A DNA stretch of 64,000 nt from Elusimicrobiota bacterium (GTDB lineage Bacteria; Elusimicrobiota; Elusimicrobia; UBA1565; UBA9628): the NCBI GenBank assembly GCA_023249645.1, contig JAHFCF010000008.1, forward strand, positions 7,257 through 71,256. The letters are read 5' to 3'. The notes under the pieces were generated by a model that made no database searches, was not told the DNA's origin, and saw only the letters and a program-made list of their open reading frames with translations. Positions 27,309-38,077 of this stretch are shown one piece after another; position 1 is the first letter of the stretch, and each line of letters starts with the position of its first letter. Both the position numbers and the translations under genes were made by a program.

Positions 27309-28346
27309 ATGAAAAAGCTGATTGGATTTGGGGGACTGGCTGCTATTCTCGTCGTGGGAATTCAAGGGTTCCATAGGTATCAGCAGAGCACTCTTCTCTC
27401 TGCCCAGGAAAAACAGTCCTTGAGAGATGCTGCTGCGAGTGACCCTAATCAGAATAACGGTCAGATTTACATCCCGGTGCAAACTTTGGACCAGGAGCCT
27501 GCTACGGTGGAAGGGAGAACCAAAGAGGCGCATTGGATGGTAGAAGAGATGAAAGCTATGCAGAAAAAACAAGCAGATCTCGATAGTTTGCTGAAGGCTC
27601 TGAAGGAGAAGGTCATTTATGACAAGTCAATTTCCGACGAGGATAAGAGGCAAGTCGTTTTAAAAATGTTGTCTAAAGTGAAAGACTATCCGAACGCGCG
27701 CCGCGATTTGGCGTATCCTCTTCTGTGGGAAGTCGTTCAATCCGGCAGTCCGGATAAGGATATGGTGCAACTTCTAATCAGTGAGGGCGGCTTGAATGAT
27801 GGGCCGTCTCAAGCGGCAGCTCCGATTAATTACATTCGGCCGAATAAATTTTTTCAGGAGCAGGATCCGTTTTATCGCGATGATGGGAATGTTTCCACGA
27901 CTCTTTTGATTTCTGCCATTCGCAATGCCCCTGCAGTCGTGGAAACCATGCTTAAGCTTGGTGCCGATCCCAATACCCCAGACTATTATATGGGGAAACC
28001 TATGAGGACTCCTCTGATGTGGGCTGCGATCATGCGAAAACCGGAGCTTGTGACAACCTTACTGCACTGGCATGCCAATATCGACAGCCAGGATCAGAAA
28101 GGACACACTGCTGCCGAGTACTCCGGCATCCACATCCCGAACCTCCTTGATTTTGGCATTGTGGAATTTAGTGAGCCGCAGGAAGCGGAATGTACCAAGT
28201 CTGCGCGGGGTTTCTGCAGGGCCCGGGATGCGTGGTTCGGCACTCTGTCATATTTCAAGGAGAAGCCTGAGATTTGTAAAGAAGTAGAAAAACTTCCAAA
28301 CGACAAAAAAGTCATCCAAATACTGCCCCATTGCCTGCCCTACTAA
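27309..28346 (+). CDS. Ankyrin-repeat membrane/secreted protein
   Basis: N-terminal hydrophobic segment; LGADPN, TPLMWAA, ANIDSQDQKGHTA; lower GC than flanks. Confidence 0.75.
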   Translation: MKKLIGFGGLAAILVVGIQGFHRYQQSTLLSAQEKQSLRDAAASDPNQNNGQIYIPVQTLDQEPATVEGRTKEAHWMVEEMKAMQKKQADLDSLLKALKEKVIYDKSISDEDKRQVVLKMLSKVKDYPNARRDLAYPLLWEVVQSGSPDKDMVQLLISEGGLNDGPSQAAAPINYIRPNKFFQEQDPFYRDDGNVSTTLLISAIRNAPAVVETMLKLGADPNTPDYYMGKPMRTPLMWAAIMRKPELVTTLLHWHANIDSQDQKGHTAAEYSGIHIPNLLDFGIVEFSEPQEAECTKSARGFCRARDAWFGTLSYFKEKPEICKEVEKLPNDKKVIQILPHCLPY

Positions 28347-28512
28347 AATAAGTGCGTGATGCGATCGGGGATCAGGGGGAAGGCCGTCCGCTAGCTGCTT
28401 CAATCAGCTGAAGCCCTAGGATTTTGCCACTAAACTGGGGAAATTTGTCGGAACTGAGCCAAGGCAGCGTTGAGTCAACCGCTCAAATCCACTAATTTAA
28501 TATTATAAGAAC

Positions 28513-28545
28513 TTGACAAATAAGTCAATTTCATATTATATTAAT
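28513..28545 (+). promoter_or_regulatory. AT-rich promoter with inverted repeat upstream of AbiE genes
   Basis: TTGACA overlapping TTGAC-N6-GTCAA; TA-rich -10 region. Confidence 0.5.
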
Positions 28546-28560
28546 ATTTGAGACCCTCCT

Positions 28561-29331
28561 ATGGCCATCCCTTCTTTCGAGCTTCGAGAGTCCTTTCAGC
28601 TGGCTTTCCTGCGCCATCTGCACGCCCGGCTATCCCCGAGCCGCGCCTACGCGGTCAAGGGGGGGATCTGCCTGCGTTTCTTCCATCGCTCTCCCCGTCT
28701 CTCTCAGGACATGGACCTCGACATCGTGCCCGATTTTCCAGTTTCCACGCTCCAAAACGCAGTGGATTCCATCCTGGAGGGACGGGCCTTCGCCGCATCG
28801 CTCATCGGTCAAGGGATCACGAGGCTTGAGGTGCGCAAGCCCAAGCAGACTCAGACAACGCAGCGCTGGAAGATATCCCTCTTTATGAGCGTGGGCGAGC
28901 CTCTGCCCACCAAGATCGAATTCAGCCGGCGCCAGGAGGACATCCGCACTGCCGTGGCCGCTCCGGACGCTGAACTTCTGCGTCGCTATCGGATGACGCC
29001 CTTTGCCGCCCGCTTCTACGACGCGACGACTATGGCGGCCCAAAAGGTCGGCGCGCTTGCCGCGGCCTCGCGCTATGCCGCGCGCGATCTTTTCGACATC
29101 CACCATCTGCTGCGCGTCGTTCTGGTCAAGCCGGTCGAGGTCGCTGCTTTGGTCGAATCGAAGATCGTGGAAAATGCAGCTGACAAGGTCACGGCCTTCT
29201 CTTATGGCGACTTCAAGGAGCAGGTCCTGCCTTATCTTTCGGGAGAGATGATGGACCTTTACCGCGACGCGGCGGCTTTTGAACAGCAGAAAGCCGAAGT
29301 CGAAGAAGACTTGCTGGAGATGTTGCGATGA
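28561..29331 (+). CDS. AbiEii/AbiGii-family nucleotidyltransferase toxin
   Basis: KGGICL...RLSQDMDLD, KIEFS, K..A...R..ARDLFD. Confidence 0.88.
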   Translation: MAIPSFELRESFQLAFLRHLHARLSPSRAYAVKGGICLRFFHRSPRLSQDMDLDIVPDFPVSTLQNAVDSILEGRAFAASLIGQGITRLEVRKPKQTQTTQRWKISLFMSVGEPLPTKIEFSRRQEDIRTAVAAPDAELLRRYRMTPFAARFYDATTMAAQKVGALAAASRYAARDLFDIHHLLRVVLVKPVEVAALVESKIVENAADKVTAFSYGDFKEQVLPYLSGEMMDLYRDAAAFEQQKAEVEEDLLEMLR

Positions 29332-29936
29332 GCGCCGCCGGTCTGGTCAAGCTCATGCAGAAGCACTCCCTGCGGGTCTTTACGACTACGGATATGGCCG
29401 CGATCTCGGGCCTTTCGCCAGCTACGGCTAGCAAGGCCTTGGCACGGCTTTGCGCCCAGGACTTGGCCGTGCGGCTCAAGAAGGGCGTGTGGGTCAATAA
29501 GTTGGCCGCGGATCTGAATCCCTACGAGGCCGTGCCGTATCTGCGGATACCATGGCCTGCTTATGTGTCTCTGTACAGCGTTCTGGCGGATTGCGGCGTG
29601 GTCGAGGATATCCCGCAAGTGATTTATGGGGTCTCGGCGGCGCCGCCAAAATTCTATCGGACGCCTCTGGGAGAATTCCATATTCATCACCTGCCGGACC
29701 GGCTCATCTGGGGCTACGAGGTCCGGCATCAAGGACAGGCCCGATATCTTGCCGCTGAGCCGGAGAAAGCATTCCTCGACTTGGTCTATCTGGCGCTCAT
29801 CCCTAGGTGTCCGCTGAGTTTCCCCGTCAAACGCGGTAGGAAATGGGCGCTGGATGCGCAAAAACTTCGTTCCTACGCCAAGCGGTTTGGATTTCCTCCG
29901 CTCAGCTCCTGGCTCGAAGAAAACCGCCTCTTATAA
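29328..29936 (+). CDS. AbiEi-family antitoxin/regulator
   Basis: wHTH N-terminus, RLKKGVW, PAYVSLYSVL, AEPEKAFLD. Confidence 0.85.
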   Translation: MSAAGLVKLMQKHSLRVFTTTDMAAISGLSPATASKALARLCAQDLAVRLKKGVWVNKLAADLNPYEAVPYLRIPWPAYVSLYSVLADCGVVEDIPQVIYGVSAAPPKFYRTPLGEFHIHHLPDRLIWGYEVRHQGQARYLAAEPEKAFLDLVYLALIPRCPLSFPVKRGRKWALDAQKLRSYAKRFGFPPLSSWLEENRLL

Positions 29937-29940
29937 AAAT

Positions 29941-31368
29941 TCAGCGCCCTTCCTGCCACTGAGGAGTCTGGTCCGCGTTGTATTCGCGCCGGGCGACCTT
30001 CGAGACTTCTGGCCTGAGATAATCGTAGACCGCCTGCAGGTCCGATCCCTTCTCCTTGAGGCCCTTGAGGAAAAAATAGGTGAAGAGTCCGTGGCCCTTG
30101 TCCTGATAGCTGGACGAGATCTGATCGCCGGCCGCTGCCGTGATGACGGTCAGGTTCTGCGGCACATTGTTCGCGGCCATGGTGACCAAGGGCCGCGCTC
30201 CCCGGGCGATGACCGAGCGGCCTCCGGCGCCTGAAAAGCACGAGTCCATGGCCACGACGACCTTCTTGGCCGGCAGCTTGCCGAGATCGCGATAGAGCTT
30301 GGCGATCGAATATCCGGTCTGCTCGATGTAGGTCGGGTCGGCGTCGAAGGGGACGAGATACGCCTCGCCTGTCTTGGGGTTGGGGGCTCCATGGCCCGAG
30401 TAGTAGATGTAGATCGTGTCGCCCTCTTCGACCCTGTTGGGCAGCCAGCGTTCGAAGTACTTTTCGAAGTCGCTCTTCGCCGCCTGATCGTTGATCAGGA
30501 CCGCGACGTTCTCCTCCGGCACGCCGAGCACGCGCTCGTAGTACTTGGCGGCCAGGCGCGCGTCAGCGGCCGCGAAGTCGGCGTGCGGCAGGGCTTGGCG
30601 ATAGTTCTCGATCCCTATGACGATGGCGTGCGTGTGAGGCTGAGATATCGATGCGGGGGGAAGCGCGTCGATCTCGCTCGACACGGCGCTTGCCGGAAGG
30701 TTTGCCACCACGGGCGCGCGCTGCGGACGTGTCGGTGAGCGCAGGGCCTGCGCGTACTGGATGAACTTGGGGCCGTTGGTCAGGCTGAGCAGGACGTTGT
30801 TGATCGCTGTCGTAAAGGCCTCTTGCAGGCCAGTGCTGCGAGACCAGCCTTCCTGCGTGAAGGAGGCTTCGGCCAGGGCATGCTGGCCGGAACTGTCCAG
30901 GAACTTGGCAGGGACGCTGACAGTGTAGCGCCATTCGTCGGGAGGGACGAAGATGGGGAAGATCTCCCAGAAGGCGATGAATTGGAGGACGCAGACGCTC
31001 GATGCATCGAGTGTGGGAGGGGAGAATTCGATGAGGGCGTCGTACTGGCCCAAGGCCGAGGCCTTGTCCGCGACCAGATCGACTTCCTTGAATCTCGACT
31101 TGACCATCTCATAGGCCAGGCGGATGTATTCCTGATCGTAGGGGAGCGTCACGATGGTCTGGCCGATGATGCAGCGCGTCGGGACCACCACCGGCGGCAT
31201 GGCCGAGGTTTCCGGCATCACGAGACCGATCCTGAGGGGAATGGGTTGTGCATTGGTTATAGGAACGTTGTAGTTCGGATCGAATCTCACCTGGTGCTGC
31301 AGGGTGCAGGCTGCCAAGCTGCTGATGACGAGGCAGGCGAGGAGGGGCTTGAGGAATGATTTTTTCAT
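29941..31368 (-). CDS. Lipoprotein with C-terminal caspase (C14) domain
   Basis: Lipobox LAAC; YYSGHG and DSCFSG His-Cys dyad. Confidence 0.88.
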   Translation of the reverse strand: MKKSFLKPLLACLVISSLAACTLQHQVRFDPNYNVPITNAQPIPLRIGLVMPETSAMPPVVVPTRCIIGQTIVTLPYDQEYIRLAYEMVKSRFKEVDLVADKASALGQYDALIEFSPPTLDASSVCVLQFIAFWEIFPIFVPPDEWRYTVSVPAKFLDSSGQHALAEASFTQEGWSRSTGLQEAFTTAINNVLLSLTNGPKFIQYAQALRSPTRPQRAPVVANLPASAVSSEIDALPPASISQPHTHAIVIGIENYRQALPHADFAAADARLAAKYYERVLGVPEENVAVLINDQAAKSDFEKYFERWLPNRVEEGDTIYIYYSGHGAPNPKTGEAYLVPFDADPTYIEQTGYSIAKLYRDLGKLPAKKVVVAMDSCFSGAGGRSVIARGARPLVTMAANNVPQNLTVITAAAGDQISSSYQDKGHGLFTYFFLKGLKEKGSDLQAVYDYLRPEVSKVARREYNADQTPQWQEGR

Positions 31369-31372
31369 GGTT

Positions 31373-32881
31373 TCACCGTCCTTCCTGCCATTGGGGGGTC
31401 TGGTCCGCGTTGTATTCGCGTCGCGCGACCTTCGAAACCTCGGGCTTGAGATAATCATAGACCGCTTGCAGGTTCGGGCCTTTTTCCTTAAGACCCTTTA
31501 GGAAGAAGTAGGTGAAGAGTCCGTGGCCCTTGTCATCATAGCTCGTGGAGATCTGGTCGCCGGCAGCGGCCGTGAGCACCGTGAGGTTTTCGGGGACATC
31601 GGATGTCTTGAGTGTGACCAGGGGCCGCGCGCCCCGGGCGATGACCGAGCGGCCGCCGGCGCCGGAGAAGCACGAGTCCATGGCCACGACGACCTTCTTG
31701 GCCGGCAGCTTGCTGAGATCTCGATAGAGCTTGGCGATCGGATAGCCGGTCTGCTCGATGTAGGTCGGGTCGGCGTCATAGGGGACGAGATAAGCCTCGC
31801 CGGTCTTGGGATTCGGCGCGCCGTGTCCCGAGTAGTAGATGTAGACTGTGTCGCCCGCCTCCACGCGGTTGGGCAGCCAGCGCTCAAAATACTTCTCGAA
31901 GTCGCTTTTGGCGGCCTTGTCGTTGATAAGGAGCGCGACGTTCTCCTCCGGCACGCCGAGCACTCGCTTGTAGTACTTCGCGGCTAGTCGCGCGTCGGCA
32001 GCCGCGAAGTCGGCGCTCGGCAATTTCTCGCGGTAGTTCTCAACGCCGATGACGATGGCGTGGGAATGCGCGTTGGATGCCGAGGCGGAGGGAAGCTCGT
32101 CGATGTCGCTGCGCCGGGAGGCTGTCGTGGGCGCTGGCGGGGCAGCGGGCATCTGCGGCGAGGATTCAGCGGCGGGTTCTTCGGGAGCTGACATCGGTCC
32201 GGAGGGCGTCTGTTTTCTTTTCTTCGACCTTCGAGATGGAGTGGTCCTGGCCGTCGGCGCGGCAGCGACGATCTGTTGGCGCGAGGGGGCGCGGCCTTCG
32301 ATCAGCGCGACGAAGTCCTGGGATTCGAGGGTCGGCCCCATTCCCTGGACCGCGTTGGCGAGCGCTGTATTGATGGCTTGGCTGAAGCACGCATCCGGCC
32401 GGCCGAAGCCGGGGCGCAGGCCATTGGCCGTGCCCGTGAAGGTCCAGGAGAGCACGTTCTTTTGCCGGCGGTCCTTGATGGCCAAGGCGAAGGTGACCTT
32501 CCCGATGATCTTGTCATCAAGGCCTTCGGAACCGAGGTATCTGACGGACGCCTGCGTGAGCGAGGTTGCGAAGATCGCCTCGGCTTGAGCCGGATCCGTG
32601 GTCGTGGGCAGCTGCAGGCGGCCCAATTCTGTGACCAGGGCTTCCTGGAGGACCTCGGACATCGGACGATCCGCCTGCCAGAGCCCTTGATAAGTGGAGA
32701 TGCCTCCCGATAGATCGGTGGCAGCGTCCACGTAGACGATCGGCCGGCGCGGACCTTGGAAAGCGCGTGGGTTGGTTGTGGGATCGTACTTGAGGGTGAG
32801 GATGTCTGCGCAGCCGGAGAGCGTGCTGAGAAGCAGCGCGAGACTGGAAAATCTGAGGAGACGGCGCTCCATGTTCATCAT
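31373..32881 (-). CDS. Lipoprotein with C-terminal caspase (C14) domain
   Basis: Lipobox LSGC; Pro/Ser-rich linker; YYSGHG, DSCFSG. Confidence 0.88.
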   Translation of the reverse strand: MMNMERRLLRFSSLALLLSTLSGCADILTLKYDPTTNPRAFQGPRRPIVYVDAATDLSGGISTYQGLWQADRPMSEVLQEALVTELGRLQLPTTTDPAQAEAIFATSLTQASVRYLGSEGLDDKIIGKVTFALAIKDRRQKNVLSWTFTGTANGLRPGFGRPDACFSQAINTALANAVQGMGPTLESQDFVALIEGRAPSRQQIVAAAPTARTTPSRRSKKRKQTPSGPMSAPEEPAAESSPQMPAAPPAPTTASRRSDIDELPSASASNAHSHAIVIGVENYREKLPSADFAAADARLAAKYYKRVLGVPEENVALLINDKAAKSDFEKYFERWLPNRVEAGDTVYIYYSGHGAPNPKTGEAYLVPYDADPTYIEQTGYPIAKLYRDLSKLPAKKVVVAMDSCFSGAGGRSVIARGARPLVTLKTSDVPENLTVLTAAAGDQISTSYDDKGHGLFTYFFLKGLKEKGPNLQAVYDYLKPEVSKVARREYNADQTPQWQEGR

Positions 32882-32899
32882 TCCATTATACCATCCGGC

Positions 32900-33898
32900 C
32901 TAATTCTTTTTTTGAGCGGCTTTTTCCAGCGCCTTCAGTCCCGCATCGATGACGGCCTCATTGACGTTCCACAGCCGCAGGGTCTGGTCGTCGGATCCCG
33001 AAAGGACCCAGAGTCCGTCCGGGGAGAAGGCCACTGTGTTGACTCGGCCCGTGTGTCCGGTCCAGGTCTTGAGGCATTCGCCCGTCGCCGTCCTCCAAAG
33101 CTTGACCGTCATGTCGTAGCTGGAGGAGGCCACCAGTGAGCCGTCCGGCGAGAAAGCGGTCCAGTTCACCGTCTTGTCGTGCCCTTCCCAGATCGTCTTG
33201 AAGGCTCCGGTGTGCGCGTCCCAGAGCTTGATCGCGCCGTCCCATCCGCCGGTCAGGGCGATATTCCCGTCAGGGGAGAGTTCGGTCTCCGTGATCAGTC
33301 CTGTCGGAGAGGCCAGGGTGGCCAGGAGCTTGCCGGTGGCGACATCCCGGATCTCGGAGTCCGCGCCGCCGGCCAGCGTCTTGGTCCCGTCCGCGGAGAA
33401 GGCGACGGATTGGACATAGTCCCTGTGCACGGGCCAGTAAGGGACCTCACGGTCGGTGGATACGTCCCACAGCTTCAGGGTCTGGTCGGAGGCGCCGGAG
33501 AGGATCTTCTTGCCGTCCGGGGAAAACAGCGCGGTGTAGACGAAGATGCCGTGCCCCGGCGTTTCGAAGAGTTCCTTGCCCGTGGCCGCGTCCCAGGCTC
33601 GCAAGGAGAGCATGTCGCTGGCGGACAGCACGGTCTTGCCGTCCGGGCTGAAGGCGACGGCGATGACCGGGCTCGTGTGCCCCTGGAAGACGAAGAGGGT
33701 CTCTCCCGTGGACGTGTCCCAGAGGCGCACGGTCTGATCGCGGCTGCCGGAGAGGGCTTTGGTCCCGTCCGGGGAGAAGGCCGCGCAGAGCACGTCGTTG
33801 GTGTGGCCGTACCATATCGCCTGGAACCTCGTCGGATGATGGTTGGCAGAGGTGCAGCCCAGCGTGAAGAGAAAAGCGGCCGCCAACGCACGCTTCAT
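32900..33898 (-). CDS. WD40-repeat lipoprotein
   Basis: Start [15 protein letters not shown] (ATGA overlap with asnS stop); about 7 GH...FSPDG...LWD repeats. Confidence 0.9.
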   Translation of the reverse strand: MKRALAAAFLFTLGCTSANHHPTRFQAIWYGHTNDVLCAAFSPDGTKALSGSRDQTVRLWDTSTGETLFVFQGHTSPVIAVAFSPDGKTVLSASDMLSLRAWDAATGKELFETPGHGIFVYTALFSPDGKKILSGASDQTLKLWDVSTDREVPYWPVHRDYVQSVAFSADGTKTLAGGADSEIRDVATGKLLATLASPTGLITETELSPDGNIALTGGWDGAIKLWDAHTGAFKTIWEGHDKTVNWTAFSPDGSLVASSSYDMTVKLWRTATGECLKTWTGHTGRVNTVAFSPDGLWVLSGSDDQTLRLWNVNEAVIDAGLKALEKAAQKKN

Positions 33899-35214
33899 GG
33901 ATAGATTCGATAGAGCATGCGCGGAAAGGCGATGGCCTCGCGGACGTGCTCGATGCCGCATAGCCACGAGGTGGTGCGCTCGATGCCCAAGCCGAAGCCT
34001 CCGTGCGGGACCGAGCCGTAGCGGCGCAGGTCCAGGTACCACTCGAAGGCCTCCTTCGGGAGCTTGTGCTTGGCGATCTGGGCTTCGAGGTAAGCCAGGT
34101 CGTCGGCGCGCTGGCCGCCGCCGATGATCTCGCCATAGCCCTCGGGGGCCAGGACATCCACGCACAGGGCCAGGCGCTCATCGGCCGGGTCGCGCTTCAT
34201 ATAAAAGGCCTTGACCTCGGCGGGGAAGCGGTGGACCATGACCGGCTGGTCGAACTCCGAACAGACGGCCGTCTCCTGGGGTGCGCCGAAGTCATCTCCC
34301 CAGACGAAGGGGACGTTCTTTCTCTTGAGGATGGCCGCGGCCTCGTCATAGCTGATGCGCGGGAAGGGGGCCGCGATCTTCTCGAGCTTGGAGGTGTCGC
34401 GCTCGAGCTCTTGGAATTCTTTGGGACAGGCCTTGAGCACATAATTCACGACGTGCGAGACGAAGCGCTCGGCCGTGTCCATGACGCCGTTCAAGTCGCA
34501 GTAGGCGATCTCCGGCTCCACCATCCAGAACTCGGTCAAGTGCCGCCGCGTCTTGGAGCGTTCAGCGCGGAAGGTCGGGCCCAGGCAGTAGACCTTGCCT
34601 AAGGCCATGGCCGCGGCCTCCATGTAGAGCTGGCCGGACTGGGTGAGGTAGGCCTTGCCCTCCTCGAAATATTCGAGCTCGAAGAGGTTCGTCGTGCCCT
34701 CGCAGGCGCTCGGCGTGAAGATGGGGGCGTCCACCTGGGTGAAGCCTTCTCCATCGAAGAAATCGCAGATCGCGCGCTTGACCTGATGGCGCACCCGGGC
34801 GATGGCCGCCTGCTTGCGCGAGCGCAGCCAGAGATGCCGTTGGCTGAGCAGGAAGTCCGGGCCGTGCTCCTTGGGGCCGATGGGGTATTCCGGGCCCTGG
34901 TGGACGACGACGAGGTCCTTGACCGCGAGCTCGACGCCTGAGGCCGCGCGCGCATCCGCCTTCACCGTTCCGCGAACGACGATCGCGGCTTCCTGGGCGA
35001 GGGACTTGGCCTTCTCGAAAACCTCGGGGGGTACGTCGCCCTGGAACAGGACGCACTGGCAGATGCCCGAGCCGTCGCGCACGAGCAGGAAGGCGAGCTT
35101 GCCCTTCAAGCGCATGTTGTAGAGCCAACCCTGGAGCGTGACCTCTTGGCCGATCTTTGAGGTCAGGTCCTGGATGCGCGCTGCGGGCGGGAACGTATCG
35201 GGCAGAGTGGTCAT
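33895..35214 (-). CDS. asnS: Asparagine--tRNA ligase
   Basis: [55 protein letters not shown]. Confidence 0.95.
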   Translation of the reverse strand: MTTLPDTFPPAARIQDLTSKIGQEVTLQGWLYNMRLKGKLAFLLVRDGSGICQCVLFQGDVPPEVFEKAKSLAQEAAIVVRGTVKADARAASGVELAVKDLVVVHQGPEYPIGPKEHGPDFLLSQRHLWLRSRKQAAIARVRHQVKRAICDFFDGEGFTQVDAPIFTPSACEGTTNLFELEYFEEGKAYLTQSGQLYMEAAAMALGKVYCLGPTFRAERSKTRRHLTEFWMVEPEIAYCDLNGVMDTAERFVSHVVNYVLKACPKEFQELERDTSKLEKIAAPFPRISYDEAAAILKRKNVPFVWGDDFGAPQETAVCSEFDQPVMVHRFPAEVKAFYMKRDPADERLALCVDVLAPEGYGEIIGGGQRADDLAYLEAQIAKHKLPKEAFEWYLDLRRYGSVPHGGFGLGIERTTSWLCGIEHVREAIAFPRMLYRIYP

Positions 35215-35260
35215 GAGGAAATCCTAGATAAGACGACTATACTTAAAATTGAAGGGCCGC

Positions 35261-38077
35261 TTAAGAGGGGTTCTTGCGCAGCGCCTCTGTGAGGGCCGTC
35301 CAATATCCAAAACTGCTTGCAAATTCTGACTGCAAGGGAGCATCAACGACTTCCGGTTCCGGTCGGGATTCTGAGGAGAACTTGTTGGGGAAATTGATTT
35401 TAGCCGATCGGATCAACTGCCCCTCGGATCCTACCAGGAAAAACATGGCTTTCCCATTTTCTCCCAAGGAGAAAATGTAATGTCCGACTTGCGATTTCCC
35501 TTGAGAGGAATAGGCGTAGGAATACAGGGCATGGAGCCTCTTGGTTCCATCAGGAGATTTTTCATAGAAACCCGGCATATGCCATGCTTTGATCTGTGAG
35601 TCTGCGGGCAGCCGGAACATCTTGATGGCACTCGCCGCATTATTCGAGGTCAGGGTTCTGCCCTTGCCGGCGACTTGTTCGACCATGAAGCTCCACGCTT
35701 GCGGCGGGATCTTCGGCGACTTGGGCTGGGCCGCTGCTTGGGTCGGTCCGCTCCCTTTAGTATTTGTGGGGCTGGCTGGCGGGGTCTCGGCTTTGGCCTG
35801 GGGTTGTTCGCTCGGAGGAGGCAGCTGTTTTTTTACGGTATCGAGGATGAATTCCTTCAGACCGGCAAAGCCGGTCTTCAGGTCCTTGGGCGTCGGGTTG
35901 TAGCGGATGCTCCCTTTGACTCCCCAGTCCTCGAGCGTATCTTTCAGGCTGCCATCGAGCAGCCTGCGGATGGCCATGCTGGCGGTGTAAGAAAAGCCGG
36001 CGATGCCTTCACTGTTGAGCAGCTCCAGGGAATGCACGACTCCGCCGGCGCCGGCCGTGTGCTCGCCGGCGACGCTGACGATCAGGGCGCGCCCATTGTC
36101 CTGCAGGATGGCGGGCATGAAGTCTCCGCCGGAGAAGTCCAGCGGGTTCGTCAAGAACACGATGGGCTTGGTGTAGCGCTCCTCCGCGTTGTCCACGGGC
36201 TGAATATAGTCGATGCCTTGCAAAGCCATGGGTTCCGTGAAGCGCGTCTTGACGTCGGCGAATTGCTCCACGATGAAGAGCGCATACTTAAAGAGGCCCT
36301 TCATGAATTCCGGGGTGATCGGATAGCCGTCCGCTGTAGGCTGCCTTCTCACAATCTTAGGCTGAGGTTGGGGCTGCGGGTTTTCTCCTGCGGCTTTCTC
36401 CGGAGCCTGGGGGCCGCCTGGGGGGGTCATCATCTGCTGAAGCCGGCTGAGAAGCTGCCTGGCCCAAGTGTATTCCGGCTCTCCGATCTTGAGCTGGTGT
36501 TTGGGGGTGATGAGAGGCTTGTCCGTGAGATGGGAGGCCAGGGCATAGAGGTAGAAGACAGAACCGCCCGGATTGTTCATCTGGTCGATGACCAAGCCGT
36601 CGGTTTCCTTTTGGAACAGGACGATGATCTTCTTGAACTCTGCGACTTCCTTATCGCTGCCGCTGTAGCTGGAGATGCGCAAAAAGCCGATCTTGCGTTG
36701 GTCCACGGTCTCGAAGATGGCAGGTCGGAAGGGATTGTCCGGGGGGCCCTGCCAGAGGATCTTCCCTAAGGGCGGGAGCATGCTCTCCGGAGAGCCGACC
36801 ATGTGGGGATTGCTCTTATGGGCTCCCTCCACCATCTGCTCGAAGATCGCGATATGCGGATGGGCGACCTTGGAGTAGGCGAGCTTGATGAGTTTGAGCA
36901 CCGCGTCCATCCCAGACTCGGGCGCGTCGTTGTCCGCATCGAGCCCCGATTGCGGCTGGTTGAGCCCTCCGCTGGCTTTGGGAGACGATGCATCGTCGGG
37001 AGGGACATCGCTTGGATACTGCTCCTCGGTGATGACCCATTTCGTCTTGATGTCGAATGCCTGGTCCGGCTGGCCCTGCGCCTCTCGGCGGATCTTGAGA
37101 GAAACCTCGTTGGAGGCGGGGAGTTGGTCGCCCCTAGCGCGGCGCTGATTGGTCAGGAAGATCGCAGCCAAGAGGCGGTTCGTGTCCGGAGAGCTGCCCC
37201 CCGCTTGGGCGGCCAGCTCGTCGATGGCGGCGGCCACGGGCCGGCCGTTGAATTCGACGATCTCGTCGCCGACCTTCAAAGCGGCCAGCTCGGGTTGCTG
37301 CGCGCTGGGGCTGATGAAGGCCACGTAGTATCTGTATTGGCCGTCCACGAGCATCGGGATCACCGTGAGCGGCAAGCGCGCCCCTCCGGTGGCATAGAAC
37401 ATGGTGCTGTCGTGATAGTTGAGTACGGCCGCGAAGAATCTTCGCAGGCGGACCTGGAATTCGGCGACCGTGATGTTCGGGTTGGAGACGATGGCTCTGT
37501 AGAACTCCTTGTAATGCCCCTGGATGTCGATGTGGAATCGTTCTTCCTTCTTGCGGAGGGGCGCATCGTTCTTGAGGAAAACGTTGTAGATGTAGTTGAG
37601 GCTGGTCCGCATGTCCTCGCGCAAGGCATCGAGAGGTTCGGACTGGCTGTCGGCCGACGCGCCGGCTCCGGCGGCGTCTTCCACGTCGTTGGTCAGCGCC
37701 TCGACGACTTCAAATCCAAGACCCTTGGCCGCGTCATCGGTCATTTTTCCGATCGGGCCGACCTCCAGGCCCCGCTGTACTCGCCGGGATTTCGCGGCGA
37801 TCTTGTCCCCGATGCTCCGCGGGCCTGTTTGAGGAGCGGGCATCGCTTGGGGAGTCGGAGCAGGGCTGAGGATCCCCGCGCTGGGCGGCAGGAGAGGCGG
37901 AGTTTTTGAGAATTGTTCTTGCGGAGCGGCGATGTTGGCGCCCACGGGCGGGACGAATACGGGCGGCAGCAAAACGGGGACCAGGAAGGCTTTCTTCGCT
38001 GTCGGTCCTTGGGCGAAGACAGGGTTCGAGAGGCAGGCCAGCAGCCCGACGGCGATGAATGCTTTAAAAAGGCGCAT
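35261..38077 (-). CDS. Secreted S41 protease, CPAF-like, with PDZ-like domain
   Basis: Signal peptide; NYH, KVGDEIVEFNG, DQMNNPGGSVFYLYAL, DFSGGDFMPAILQDN, TAGAGG, LEDWGV. Confidence 0.8.
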   Translation of the reverse strand: MRLFKAFIAVGLLACLSNPVFAQGPTAKKAFLVPVLLPPVFVPPVGANIAAPQEQFSKTPPLLPPSAGILSPAPTPQAMPAPQTGPRSIGDKIAAKSRRVQRGLEVGPIGKMTDDAAKGLGFEVVEALTNDVEDAAGAGASADSQSEPLDALREDMRTSLNYIYNVFLKNDAPLRKKEERFHIDIQGHYKEFYRAIVSNPNITVAEFQVRLRRFFAAVLNYHDSTMFYATGGARLPLTVIPMLVDGQYRYYVAFISPSAQQPELAALKVGDEIVEFNGRPVAAAIDELAAQAGGSSPDTNRLLAAIFLTNQRRARGDQLPASNEVSLKIRREAQGQPDQAFDIKTKWVITEEQYPSDVPPDDASSPKASGGLNQPQSGLDADNDAPESGMDAVLKLIKLAYSKVAHPHIAIFEQMVEGAHKSNPHMVGSPESMLPPLGKILWQGPPDNPFRPAIFETVDQRKIGFLRISSYSGSDKEVAEFKKIIVLFQKETDGLVIDQMNNPGGSVFYLYALASHLTDKPLITPKHQLKIGEPEYTWARQLLSRLQQMMTPPGGPQAPEKAAGENPQPQPQPKIVRRQPTADGYPITPEFMKGLFKYALFIVEQFADVKTRFTEPMALQGIDYIQPVDNAEERYTKPIVFLTNPLDFSGGDFMPAILQDNGRALIVSVAGEHTAGAGGVVHSLELLNSEGIAGFSYTASMAIRRLLDGSLKDTLEDWGVKGSIRYNPTPKDLKTGFAGLKEFILDTVKKQLPPPSEQPQAKAETPPASPTNTKGSGPTQAAAQPKSPKIPPQAWSFMVEQVAGKGRTLTSNNAASAIKMFRLPADSQIKAWHMPGFYEKSPDGTKRLHALYSYAYSSQGKSQVGHYIFSLGENGKAMFFLVGSEGQLIRSAKINFPNKFSSESRPEPEVVDAPLQSEFASSFGYWTALTEALRKNPS

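Noticed and set aside
33899..34165. N-terminal extension of the WD40 ORF
   Set aside because: Overlaps asnS; the lipoprotein signal starts at 33898.
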